64,000 bases of DNA, taken from the NCBI RefSeq assembly GCF_006345805.1, contig NC_042997.1, forward strand, positions 167,462,001-167,526,000, written 5' to 3'. This stretch comes from Octopus sinensis. Its lineage: Eukaryota. Shown here in pieces: positions 38,988 to 50,778 of this stretch. The position numbers were made by a program, and so were the translations under genes. The notes under the pieces were generated by a model, which saw only the letters and a program-made list of their open reading frames with translations, had not been told where the DNA came from and did not search any database. The first letter of the stretch is position 1. Every line of letters starts with the position of its first letter.

Positions 38988-40844
38988 TACAATGAATATA
39001 CATTATTTCACTACAAATATTAGATCTTACAATCTCCGATGATCTCTCTAGGAAATAATATATTCACAAACGTAACAAAAGTTACATCGCAAACATTAGC
39101 TTTCCTCTTCTGGGCCACAAAACATTTTATCTCCGAACAGTTTCTGATACTCTACATATCGAGAGACCTGTAATATAGTACTGCTACACACACAAACATA
39201 GATTACATCCAAAAGAAAACTAACCGGCAAATTTGCAAAACCCATTCTCTATCACACTTCAACCTCTTACTTATAAGTGTACTGTATCTTCCTTTTGTTT
39301 TCCTACTGCTACTCTGACGACCTCTGATCGTTAGAGATACTAACATACACACCAAGACCCGCCCTCGATATATTCGTTTCTCTACTTTCCGTCATTCATC
39401 CTGTGTCTCATCATTTCTGGCCTCAGTACCAAATCTATACCAATTTTTTTCTTCTCCAAAACATCACCTACTGGAATTCCCTTCTCAACCATTTTTTTTT
39501 CTGTCACAAGTCTCGAGGGACCTCCCGAAGGCTACATTCGAGAATAACCACAGGATTTTTTTTAATTTTTGATAGCCACTTCCCATGTTGTGTGATAAAC
39601 ATGAAATTTCTATGATGGACTGCTCAGTCACTCTGATGATTGCCGAATTTTGTCGCTGCTTCAATCAACAACAAAATAATCGATATATCCCGATCGTCCT
39701 GTATGCAGGATTGTAGTTACAGTTATGTTTCCAACACTTACACTATCATCACAACAGTTGTAAATGTAGCATGCAGACTTAAGTGAAGCAGGGTTGTGCA
39801 ATCTTCCACCTCACTCTCTCTTCTCAACTTTTCGGATCCAGTGTCATGACAAATCAAGACAACCGTCGAAAGTTTTGAACGGTAATCTGTAAGGGTTTTC
39901 TTTCCCTTCACTTTTGCCTTTCAAAAATTTCACAAAAGGCAGTACATTTTCATCTAAACTCATTTACCTTTGACCCAACAGAATCGTTTTACTATTTACT
40001 GCCGGGGGATGGGGGACGGGCAGGAAAAGATCTGGCAAAAGAAAGGAAACTTGCGCACCCGCTTTCTTCTTTCACGATAACGAGTCAACTGAACTACGCC
40101 AGACACAAGTGGGCACTTAACTAAAACTATTTGCAAAAGTAAATATTCAATTACGTTTTCTCTATTATACATTTCTACATAATATTCTAATTTATAAACA
40201 GCTTTGTAGAGTTCAGTTTCAATAAATGTTTATTTATTCAACAATTCAATTCGTAAGTTTGAGTGTTGTTATATCTTTTGTTGTTTGCAACCACTTCTTT
40301 GTAGGACACTTGATTTGAATGAAATTTGCGAGATGCTAATATGTTCCAATGGAGTTCCTCTCTGTAGTTTAGGGAAAGGGGTTGCTCTTTTGCTTTTGTT
40401 TTTGTTTTTACCCTTTCATTTTTCTTAAGTAGCATGAATTCTTTCATCTGCAAATGAAGGGCGTCCAGTTGAGCAGATATAAAAACTACGTTTTTTCTTT
40501 TGTTCTCAAATGCGCTAATAGCACTTAAACTAAACAAATTATTATTTAAAGATGGGGTAGTGTTTTGGATAGGGCGCCCCATTTCTTGGTTTCTGTGTTA
40601 CTCCCAGAATTGATATAACGAAGTAATTTCCAGTAAATATTCAACTTTATGTTAACATCCAAAATAGAAGACTTTCTAACATAGAGAAATTTGGGTGGAG
40701 GAAACAGTCTATTGTAACGACTTCGGTTATTAATCGATACTTCTTTCATCAACTCTTGAGTATTGATTCATTAATGTTGACCACGGCGAGATTTGAATTC
40801 AGAAGGCTTGGATAGTGAGCATCACCAGCATTATGTGTGCTGTC

Positions 40845-41040
40845 CCCACCCAACCATCACTTCACAACCGATGCTGGTGTGTTTAGGTCCCTGTAACTTA
40901 GCGGTTCGGCAAAAGAGAACGATAGAATAAGTGCTAGGCTTACAAAGAATAAGTCCCGTGGTCAATTTCATCGACTAAAACAAACCCTTCAATGCGGTGC
41001 TCCAGCATAGCTGCAGTCAAATGACTGAAACAAGTTAAGA
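40845..41040 (+). mobile_element. SINE family B, 3' half
   Basis: ACAACCGATGCTGGTGTGTTTA...GCAGTCAAATGACTGAAACAAGT. Confidence 0.8.
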
Positions 41041-41079
41041 ACACCAAGGCTGTGTAGATATTAGAACATTTATAGATAG

Positions 41080-41131
41080 GTCTTACAGCTGTTTCCAGGA
41101 TATTTATTAATTATATCCCTTCATCGGAGAC
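41080..41131 (-). ncRNA. Minimal hammerhead motif (core CCGAUGA, GUA site)
   Basis: Minus strand GTCT-CCGATGA-A-GGGATAT-loop-ATATCCT-G-GAAAC-AGCT-GTA-AGAC. Confidence 0.7.
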
Positions 41132-41411
41132 GGTGTGAGAGGATGGTTAAGTAATAGTTAATTTAGATAGGATACAAAATAGAGAGTGGGGTGGAGGAAA
41201 GAAAATAGCTGTGAGATATGTAGAGATATTGAAGTTGTAGATCCATTGTAGTAATGGATAAACAATTCCTTGGCATCTCTCTTAAGGACACACCGACTCC
41301 TCAATATATATGTATTTACTTATAATAAGTGTAGATCACGAGTGGGTATATATTTATAAAAAAGAAGTTTGAAAACGCCACTATATAAGATAAACTTTAA
41401 TTTTCTTAGAA

Positions 41412-41459
41412 ATTTTACATGTTTCGGTTCTTCTTGAAAAAACGAACCTTATCAAAAAT
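41412..41459 (-). ncRNA. Degenerate hammerhead motif
   Basis: Minus strand ATTT-TTGATAA-GGTTC...GAACC-GAAAC-AT-GTA-AAAT; two core substitutions. Confidence 0.5.
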
Positions 41460-41602
41460 ATTTTAAAAAGTTAAGTGTAATAAAAAAGTTCATAATTGTT
41501 TCTTACTGGTCTCAACAGAATCCACGTGGTTGTTTTTAGCTGCCTTATGTGTCCGAATGTGTCCGATAATATATATATAAAAACTCGCTAAGAAGGTCTA
41601 GA

Positions 41603-41654
41603 AACCACCTGAAGAATGTCTAAGATGTGCTGACACGAAACGATCGTAGTGGTT
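41603..41654 (+). ncRNA. Minimal type-I hammerhead ribozyme motif, intact core
   Basis: AACCAC-CTGAAGA-A-TGTC-TAAGATGTGCT-GACA-C-GAAAC-GATC-GTA-GTGGTT; followed by an AT-rich tail ending TTCCCTAATATT and then (TA)n. Confidence 0.85.
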
Positions 41655-41859
41655 ATTCATTTGTTAAATTTTAATTTATATAAATTATTTTATGTATTGG
41701 CTTAAGTCTTTCTTTGTTTGATTTGCATAATAATGGTTTTGTCTCTAATTATTATAATATAATATTTTACTATAAAATTGGATTCAATCTTAAATCTGAT
41801 TTTTCCTTGTAAATTTGGATTTATTCCCTAATATTATTATTATATATATATATATATAT

Positions 41860-41891
<32 letters not shown>

Positions 41892-41917
41892 ATATAATAT
41901 ATATATATTATCGTCTA

Positions 41918-42345
41918 TCATTTACTTGCTTCACTCATTTCACTGCTGCCATGATGGGGCACCGCCTTGAAGAGTTTTTAGCCGATTGGATCGACTCTTG
42001 TATTTTTTTTAACTTGGTAGTTTACGGTGATGTAAACACATCAACACCGGTTGTCAAGCGATGGTGGTGATGGTGGGGGGAACAAACACAAACATGCACG
42101 TACGCACACACACATATATGTGTGTGTGTGTGGATTTGGAACACGGAAACTGAAAGAAGCTTGTTGTGTTTAAATATGTACATATGCACAACAGGCTTCT
42201 TTCAGTTTCTCTTTACCAAATCCACTCTCAAGGCTTTGATCGACCCGGGCACATAGTAGAAGACACTTGCCCAAAGTGCCACGCAGTAGGACTGAATCCG
42301 GAACCAAGGGGTTGGGAAGCAAGAGTCTCAATGCACAGCCTCGCC
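41918..42345 (-). mobile_element. SINE family B, older subfamily
   Basis: Diverged match including GTAGAAGACACTTGCCCAAAGTGCCACGCAGT. Confidence 0.8.
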
Positions 42346-42504
42346 TTTCCTTCTCGCTCTTTCTTTTTTTTCTCTCTCTCTTTCACTCTCTCTCTCTTTT
42401 CCTCTACTTAAAAGAGGTGGAAATTAAATTTTTGTTGCATATTAATATCATTATCAAAGTGTTTTTTTTTTATATTTCAAACTGCAATTAATGTTGTTTT
42501 TATG

Positions 42505-42830
42505 TTTCAGACAATGATTATTCAACAATAAAATGCACTATGAGCGTCTTGGTTTATCGAAACAAAGTCGGAAATTCAAACACGAAGAAATTACACAGCT
42601 AAAAATGGAAAACAAGCTTCGGCACATCAGTCGGTTCGCAAATGGAAGCGGGGATGTTGCTACATAAACCGAAGAATGGAAGGCCAAAACATCTGAAGAA
42701 AATATTGAATGTATCCGTCACTCGTTTCAACTTTCCCCATCTAAGTCTATCTGTATTGCTTCCGCTTCACTGCCTCTACCGAGATACGTCCAGTCGTAAG
42801 GATGCTGTTTTAGCGTATGAGATAAGAATG
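42505..42830 (+). mobile_element. Tc1/mariner-superfamily transposase N-terminus relic (DUF4817-like HTH)
   Basis: Frameshifted WFIETKSEIQTRRNY...SVRKW...KPKNGRP-TSEENIECIRHSFQLSPSKS. Confidence 0.6.
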
Positions 42831-43691
42831 AAAAACCATTCAGAGATTGTTAAGTTCTGCCATCTGTAAGATGTTTGAACTTTTAGAGGGGATGTTGCAA
42901 CTTGTGTAGATCTGGCGTGATGTTTCTAGACCGCATGAGCATGATGCCTAATTACAAAAGAATAAAAATTAGGGGATAGTATCTTCTGCATTGGAATGTA
43001 TCTTGTTGGAAGTATCTACGAGGCGATCGTTAATGTAATTAATGTATGAAACATTAGGTGATGCCATTGATAAAATTAATAGAGTGTGAGTCAGATAGCT
43101 GCAGTCACACTCTGTAATTGAGTGGTGTGACAAGAAACGTCGGCTGATGAAGTGATAAATAGAAATAGTCCAATGTTTAGTAACTCAGCCAAAATGTTTT
43201 CGTTTATATTCGGTTGAAGGCGTTGCTTTCGACCGAAGTACTGAAGGACGAGAAAATCCTGGTGTGTGACGTTGGAGAGGGATTAGCCAATAGTTCTGAC
43301 TCTGAAGACCTTGCATAACTGGTCGCTGAAAAGTAAGAGAGATTCGAGGTAATGATGGAAGTAGTTTTTAACAATTGTTTCCGTCGTTTTCAGAAGTTAG
43401 AATCTAATATGATGCGTTGTAAGTTGGTGGAATCAGAGAAGTCACTCTGCTTTGGAATAGAGCACGCAATGACGTACAGCTATAGACAGGAGCTAGACTG
43501 TTATAATCTGGATCCTCGTCCACTTGAGTGTTGTTGCCGGCACTGTTATGTTATTGTCGCCACTATTATGTTGTGGCGGTATTCTGTATCTTATTTTTGC
43601 CTCGTCTATCGTGCTATCGCAGATAGCTCCGCAAGATAATGACTTTGAAAGCGTCTACCTTGACGGTAACTCGAACTCGAGCTCCTTACTT

Positions 43692-43883
43692 TGGTTCATG
43701 GAACAGATCCTCTATATCCTGTCTACCCTGATAAAAAAAATTCAAGAATAGGTATCGGAAAATCATCAATATTCGCTCTCATCTTCTTTTAATACTAATA
43801 TAGATAGGAAACTACTGGCCTTTTAGGAAAACATTTCCCAATGCCACACTATTGTAAGATCTCCAGTAAATGTATACTAAAAA
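43692..43883 (+). repeat. ~190-bp direct repeat of 46073-46262 (PLE thumb-coding segment)
   Basis: Roughly 90% identical by eye. Confidence 0.85.
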
Positions 43884-44682
43884 AACATTTGGAAACAATT
43901 TTTTTATTTTTGTCTCATTCGAACCGCCTATATTTTCACAGGGAACAGTAATGGATGTATCTCACATTATAAATAATTCCATATATTCTGTACCACAAAG
44001 GTTTAGTGATTTTTTCAATACATAAATGATTGTCCTTTTCGTTTCATCTCGAAAAGTTACATTGCAAATACATTCACCTATAAAATATAATTTCTTTCCA
44101 GTTACACCCTATGCTACTTTATTTGATTTAGATAATTTCGGCTTACCGCTTTGCCTCCATGTTTCTTCATTTGTGATAGTGATGTCACTCCACGTGTCTA
44201 ATTGCATTTCGACACTAGTAGCTTCGATTCTCTGACGAATTTTCTGTTTGTTGTACAAAGTCTTTTCTCTGATGGCCAACTATTTATTTTTTCTCGTTTG
44301 GACCAATTTTTCGACATCTTAGTTGTGCAGTGCGATTTGATGTGCCCTGTGTTCTCACATTGAAAACACTGCTTTTTTGAAAGGACACTCGTTTCTCAGA
44401 TGCCTACCATCGCATGCCATACATAGGTCTATCTCCTGTTGTATATCGTATTTTTTGGGAAACACTTTATCCGTCTTCCGAGTCTTCCAAACTGGTTTTA
44501 TCTGTAAACAATCTCTGCGTTGGATTTTTTTTGTGTCGTGCCTTACTTTTTATATCTTATCACACACTTCTGACAGTTTCTGGAGAATTATATCCTGTTC
44601 TATATTTAAGAGATGAGGAATTATGTACATTATTTACATTATTTACATTTAACGGATATTTGTCCACATCTTGTTTGTTGTT

Positions 44683-44728
44683 AACACAACGTTTCGGCTG
44701 ATATACCCTCCAGCCTTCATCAGGTGTC
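44683..44728 (-). ncRNA. Minimal hammerhead motif, minus-strand copy
   Basis: Exact reverse complement of 44777-44822. Confidence 0.8.
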
Positions 44729-44776
44729 GAAATTTCCCTTCATCAGGTGTCGAACCCAGGTTCGAAATTTCTCCAA

Positions 44777-44822
44777 GACACCTGATGAAGGCTGGAGGGT
44801 ATATCAGCCGAAACGTTGTGTT
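44777..44822 (+). ncRNA. Minimal hammerhead motif (GAAAC-GUU, no loop 3)
   Basis: GACAC-CTGATGA-A-GGCTG-GAGGGTATAT-CAGCC-GAAAC-GTT-GTGTT. Confidence 0.8.
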
Positions 44823-45907
44823 AACAACAAACAAAATGAATACAAATATCCGTCAAATGTAAATAATGTAAATAATGTAATTATATCCTGGTTCATTTCC
44901 AGCTTTGCGAGAATTTTCGTTCTGACTTCTCCGATCTTTTTAGCAGTAAGTCTCTGAGTAAAAATCAGGCACTTGAACGAATCTGAAGTTAGTTTATCCA
45001 GTTTAAATTTGTTGCAATCTCTGTTCCCTCTGCCCGCATTTGTGGTAAAGCCTTCGTCATCGCTTTTCTCAGTTTTCAAACACTTCCAACGTGTGTTGAG
45101 CAACGATGATTTTTCACTAAACATCCTACATAAAATGTCAATTTTGTCCGTGAAATTTATGTCAGAAACTTTTTTAGGCAATATAAAGTTATAGTATTTT
45201 TTGTGCTCTGTCGTCGCCAGTTTCCTCGAATTAGATGAGTTTTCATTTCATCCGTCCAGTTTTGGCATATCTTTTTGGAAAATTCGTTCAAATCTTCGGT
45301 AATATGCTTTGAAGGTGACTCTTTCTTCCGGGTCAAATCTAAATTCATTTATTGAATTTGCTACATGGTCTGGCGAAAACATATTTTCCGGTTTTGTTAC
45401 CAACTTCATTGGCTGTAGCATTTGTTGTTCTTGTTGTTCTTTGAGTTGCTACAATAGTACGACATACAAAACGTCATAAAGAGCTACATGCATCTCGATA
45501 GCCACAGATTGCCTATGTTTCATGTATAGAAACTCGTTTGGAGCAAGGGATGTAAAGGGACATATATAAAAGTTTGGTTTCGTTTTTCAGTTCAAGGTTA
45601 TTATATACCAACTCATCTGGAACAAAGCATGACTGAAGTTAGATGTTCAGAGACATAAAAAGATTACCATAATCTATATTAATCTGATGATCTTCATAGC
45701 TGAAATGATACAAAAATTTGTTAATCCGGTTTGAAATTTAAAGAATGAGAGATTATAAAAATAACTTTGAAATTATCAAAGCGATCTTATTTCTTTTCCA
45801 ATTTTCTAATTCTTTGATGTTATACATATACATATATAAATACATACATACATGTGTGGTGTGTGTGTGTGTGTATGTGTGTGTGTGTGTGTGTACGAGT
45901 GTGTGTG

Positions 45908-45965
<58 letters not shown>

Positions 45966-45989
45966 TGTTTAGACACAACTGTCTGTATG

Positions 45990-46623
45990 CAATCATTTCT
46001 GTTTCACTCCATTTTCCTCTAGGGACATTTATTGAAAAGGCAGCTCTTTACTTCAACAATCTTTGTAAATACTGGTTCATGGAACAGATCTTCTGTATTC
46101 TGTCTACCATAAAAAAAAATTCAAGAATAGGTATCGGAAAATCATCAATATTCACTCTCATCTTCTTTTAATACTAATATAGATAGGAAACTACAGGCCT
46201 TTTAGGAAAACATTTTCCAATGACACACTATTGTAAGATCTTTAGTAAATGTACACTAGAAATATCTACTCTTTCGTTACCAATATAAAATCAATTGTAG
46301 CATCCAAAAAACCATACTAACTGTATATCCATGGTGTTTAAGTAGAAAGAAAATGCATGTCCTTTAGACCAAACATGCAACGGTAAGTCAGATGTTTATG
46401 AAGCAGAGGATAACACAGTTGAGCCGAATCAGACATTGGGAGAAAACGTTATATCGGCATGGCGTTGGGCTGATTTAATTGAGGTCCTATAACCTTTTTT
46501 CCATCTTTCAATCAACCATATCAACAGATAACCACAACATTGGAAGAACATATATGATCTTTGAAAGACAGAAGAATCGAAAAACAGAAGCATCAAATGA
46601 AAAATACTCGGAAAACCAAAAGC

Positions 46624-46661
<38 letters not shown>

Positions 46662-47240
46662 CACTCTCTCTCTCTCTCTCTCTCTCTCTTCACTCTTTTA
46701 CTCTTTTACTTGTTTCAGTCACTTGACTGCAGCCTTGCTGGAGCACCGCCTTTAATCGAGCAACTCGACCCCGGGGACTTATTCTTTTGTAAGCCCAGTA
46801 CTTATTCTATCGGTCTCTTTTTGCCGAACCGCTAAGTGATGGGGACATAAACACACCAGCATCGGTTGTCAAGCAATGCTAGGGGGACAAACACAGACAC
46901 ACAAACATATACATACACATACACATATATATATATATACAACGGGCTTCTTTCAGTTTCCGTCTACCAAATCCACTCACAAGGCTTTGGTCGGCCCGAG
47001 GCTACAGTAGAAGACACTTGCCCAAGGTGTCACGCAGTGGGACTGAACCCGGAACCATGTGGTTGGTAAACAAGCTACTTACCACACAGCCACTCCTGCG
47101 CCTGTATAAATGAAACCAAGAAGAGCGGGCATAAATTCTACAAAGTCTTAAAGAGCCTAATACATGTCTCAACTTAAAAAGTGAAACTTTTGCGAGGTGC
47201 CCTGCCATGATCAAATTCATACTAGCCAACTGAAAAGACA
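45990..47240 (+). mobile_element. Decayed PLE (same type as 30945-32020) interrupted by SINE B
   Basis: Frameshifted NRYRKII...NTNIDRK...KHFP...KIFSK; ACPLDQTC...VYEA...RYIGMA...TTTLEEHI*SLK...IK*KILGKPKAY; after the SINE, CLNLKSETFARC. Confidence 0.75.
46692..47103 (-). mobile_element. SINE family B, full length, young
   Basis: Near-identical to 22362-22776. Confidence 0.9.
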
Positions 47241-47469
47241 AACCTTCGAGGCACAAACCATTTTCAGGAACTGCCTTGCTGCGAAGAACTCTTTTTCCCT
47301 CTTCCCTCTTCCATTTCTTCACATTCCCAGTTTAACAGTTTTCTATGCATTTGAGCCGGAATACCCTTTTTCAAACACTCTAACAGATTTAGCACACTCA
47401 ATGAGATTCAGTGCACAGACTGGACGTTATTATCCTTGGAATTTTCGAGCGAATATGAAAGTGAACGAA

Positions 47470-47520
47470 ACACACCCACACACACACATACAGACGCGCG
47501 CGCGCACATCACACGCACGC

Positions 47521-47597
<77 letters not shown>

Positions 47598-47637
47598 TGT
47601 ACAGATGCAATAATTGAGTATATTTGTCTATGGCTTT

Positions 47638-47735
<98 letters not shown>
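47470..47735. repeat. (CA)n and (GATA)n microsatellites
   Basis: Direct inspection. Confidence 0.95.
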
Positions 47736-47976
47736 TACATATCTATGCATGTCTACGCCTACATATGTTTATATATAAAATTGAATAAGGGTAGAAATTG
47801 AAATTAATCAATTAAAACCAGTGGCCTAGTATATAAAAATAATCCGAAGATTAAAAATATTTTTTACATACAAAATTTAAAGGACTGACCACTAAAAGTG
47901 GACAGTCAATATGCTAGATATAGCGTGGAAAATAGCGATTTTGACGTCTATATCTAGTAAATTTTGTATGTTTATA

Positions 47977-50702
47977 TCATCATCATCATCATCATCATTT
48001 AGCGTCCGTTTTCCATGCTAGCATGGGTTGGACGGTTCTACTGGGGTCTGTGAAGCCAGAAGGCTTCATCAGGCCCAGTCAAATCTGGCAGTGTTTCTAC
48101 GGCTGGATGCCCTTCCTAACGCCAACCACTCCGTGAGTGTAGTGGGTGCTTTTTACGTGCCACCCGCACTGGTGCCAGACAGAGCTGGCAAACGGCCACG
48201 AACGGATGGTGCTTTTTATGTGCCACCGGCACGAGGGCCAGGCGAGGCTGGCAACGGACACGAAACGGGGCGGTGCTGGCAACGGTCGCGAAATGGAAAG
48301 TTCTCTTACATGCCACCGGCACTGGTAACACATCTGCAATTTCCATTGATCGATTTCCATTGATCGATTTCGATTCTGATCCTCACTTGCCTCAACACGT
48401 CTTCACAAGTAGAGTTTGTGTCCCAAGAAGGGAAGGTATGCATACGTAGGCTGGCTCCATCCCATGTAGAAGGCCACGGGTTGTGGACTCACTTGTCCTG
48501 CCGGGTCTTCTCGCGCACAGCACACTTCCAGAGGTCTCGGTCTCTAGTCATTTCCTCAGTGAGACCTAAGTTCGAAGGTCGTGCTTCACCACCTCGTCCC
48601 AGGTTTTCCTGGGTCTGCCTCTTCCACAGGTTCCCTCAACCGCTAGGGTGTGGCACTTTTTCACACAACTATCTTCATCCATTCTCGCCACATGACCATA
48701 CCAGCGCAAACGTCTCTCTTGCACACCACAACTGATGCTTCTTAGGTCCAGCTTTTCTCTCAAGGTACTTACACTCTGCCGAGTGTGAGTACCGGCATTA
48801 CACATCCATCGGAGCATACTGGCTTCATTTCTAGCGAGCTTACGCATATCCTCAGCAGTCACGGCCCATGTTTCACTGCCATGTAGCATGGCTGTTCGTA
48901 CACACGCATCATACAGTCTGCCTTTCACTCTGTGCGAGAGGCCTTTTGTCACCAGCAGAGGTAAGAGCTCTCTGAACTTTGCCCAAGCTATTCTTACTCT
49001 AGCAGTTACACTTTCAGCACACCCGCCCCCGCTGCTGACTTGGTCACCTAGGTAACGGAAACTATCAACTATTTCTAGTTTTTCTCCCTGGAAAGTGACG
49101 GAAGTTGGTCTCAGAGCATTTTCAGTGTTTATTGTTCCTGAGCATCTGCCACATACAAAAACCATCTTCCTAGTTAGCCTTCCTTTGACATTGCTGCATC
49201 TCTTATGTGTCCATAGCTTACACTTGGTGCATCTTATAGAGTTTCTACCTACACCTTTTCTACAGATCGAGCAGGGCCATCTACCTGTAGGTGTTTGTGA
49301 TTTGTCTACCTTCCTACTGATTACGACTTTGGTTTTAGCTAGATTGACTCTGAGGCCCTTCGATTCTAATCCTTGTTTCCACACCTGAAACTTCTCCTCC
49401 AGTTCTGATAGCGACTCAGCAATTAAAGCAAGGTCATCAGCATAGAGGAGCTCCCAAGGGCATCCTGTCTTGAATTCCTCCGTTATTGCCTGGAGGACTA
49501 AGATAAATAGGAGGGGGCTGAGTACTGAGCCTTGGTGGACCCCTACCTCTACCCGGAATTCTTCACTGTACTCATTTCCAACCCTCACCCTACTAGCGGC
49601 GTCCCTATACATGGCCCGCACAGCTCTCACTAACCATTCATCTATCCCTAGTTTTCTCATTGCCCACCAGATAAGGGATCGGGGGACCTGTCGAAGGCTT
49701 TCTCCATGTCAACAAAAGCCAGGTACAGGGGCTTATCTTTGGCTAGGTATTTCTCCTGCAGCTGCCTTACCAGGAATATAGCATCAGTAGTACTTTTCCC
49801 TGGCACAAACCCAAACTGCATCTCATCTAAACTAACTCTCTCTCTAATTAGTTGGGCTATGACCCTCTCCGTAACCTTCATCACCTGGTCCAACAGCTTG
49901 ATACCTCTGTAGTTATTTGTATCTAGGGCATCACCTTTACCTTTGTAGCAGTTGACTATTATACTGCTACACCAGTCATTGGGTATGACCCCTTTGTGTA
50001 TCACCTGATTAACTATATGGGTGACTAGGCTATAGCCGACACTACCAGACATTTTGAGCATCTCTGCAGTGATTCCTGATGGGCCTGGGGCTTTCCCTGT
50101 CTTCATGCTTCTAATTGCCTTAGCTACCACAGAACTATCAACTCGGATAGCTGGTCCCTCTGTTGGGTCAACATTCGGCAGACTCTCTTTATCCCATTCA
50201 TGTTCTTCATTCAGCAACCTTCATAGTGGCATCTCCAAACCTCTCTCTTTGCATCCTCATTTAGCACAAGTGAACCATCTTCCATGCGAACACACTTCTC
50301 TCCTACCCTCACGATTCTCTCTCACACACTGTCTTGCAACACGAAACACCTCCAGTCTTTGGTCCTCACGGCGCAGAACATTGGCAAATTTTTTCTTATC
50401 TGCTTCCCCTCTGGCTAAATAAACCTGTCTCCTAGCTTCTCTTTTGGCAGTCTAATACAATCCCTGCTACCCCCATTTTTCCAGACCTTCCAAGCCTGTT
50501 TCTTTCTCTAATAGCCCTGTCTACAATATTGTTCCACCACCACGTTATTCTAGGTCGAGAGGGGACTTTGCACCAGCCACAGATCTGGTCAGTGGCTCTC
50601 AGCAGGTTGTCCCTTAGAAACGTCCAGCTGTCTTCTAACCCCTGTGATGCTCTATCCCCTTCTACTTCGTCAGAGGCTTCAAGTAATATGTCCCTAAATC
50701 TA
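47977..50702 (-). mobile_element. RTE-clade LINE, 5'-truncated, young, few frameshifts
   Basis: ORFs 49657-50217 (KAPGPSG, YRGIKLL, QFGF, FVDMEKAFDR) and 48566-49660 (GVHQGSVLSPLLF, LYADDL, FRYLG, RLRWYGHV, GRGRPRKTW); 3' UTR with repeats and a (GAT)n tail. Confidence 0.95.
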
Positions 50703-50737
50703 TATTTATAAATATTTATAAATATTTATAAATATGT

Positions 50738-50774
<37 letters not shown>

Positions 50775-50778
<4 letters not shown>

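Larger units (their letters stand above)
44598..44878. mobile_element. Palindromic insertion with two inverted hammerheads and a 12-bp TSD
   Basis: TSD AATTATATCCTG at 44586-44597 and 44879-44890; arms of about 100 bp (44626-44728 vs 44777-44879). Confidence 0.85.
43890..45455 (-). mobile_element. Ty3/Gypsy-like LTR retrotransposon gag-protease relic
   Basis: ORF 44804-45181 FSEKSSLLNTRWKCLKTEK...FKCLIFTQRL...RTKILAKLE; knuckle CFQCENTGH; protease MQLDTWSDITI; interrupted at 44598-44878. Confidence 0.8.

Noticed and set aside
37330-39870. Possible old LINE RT remnants flanking the mariner
   Set aside because: Only faint motifs (SDDL, KQGCA); not enough for a call. The same applies to 42840-43640 and 53045-53420.
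43692-46262. LTR pair for the Gypsy relic
   Set aside because: The repeat is PLE coding sequence and lacks TG...CA ends.
49430-49445. TCATCAG (minus-strand CTGATGA)
   Set aside because: Simply the YADD codons of the RTE reverse transcriptase; the same applies at 15494.
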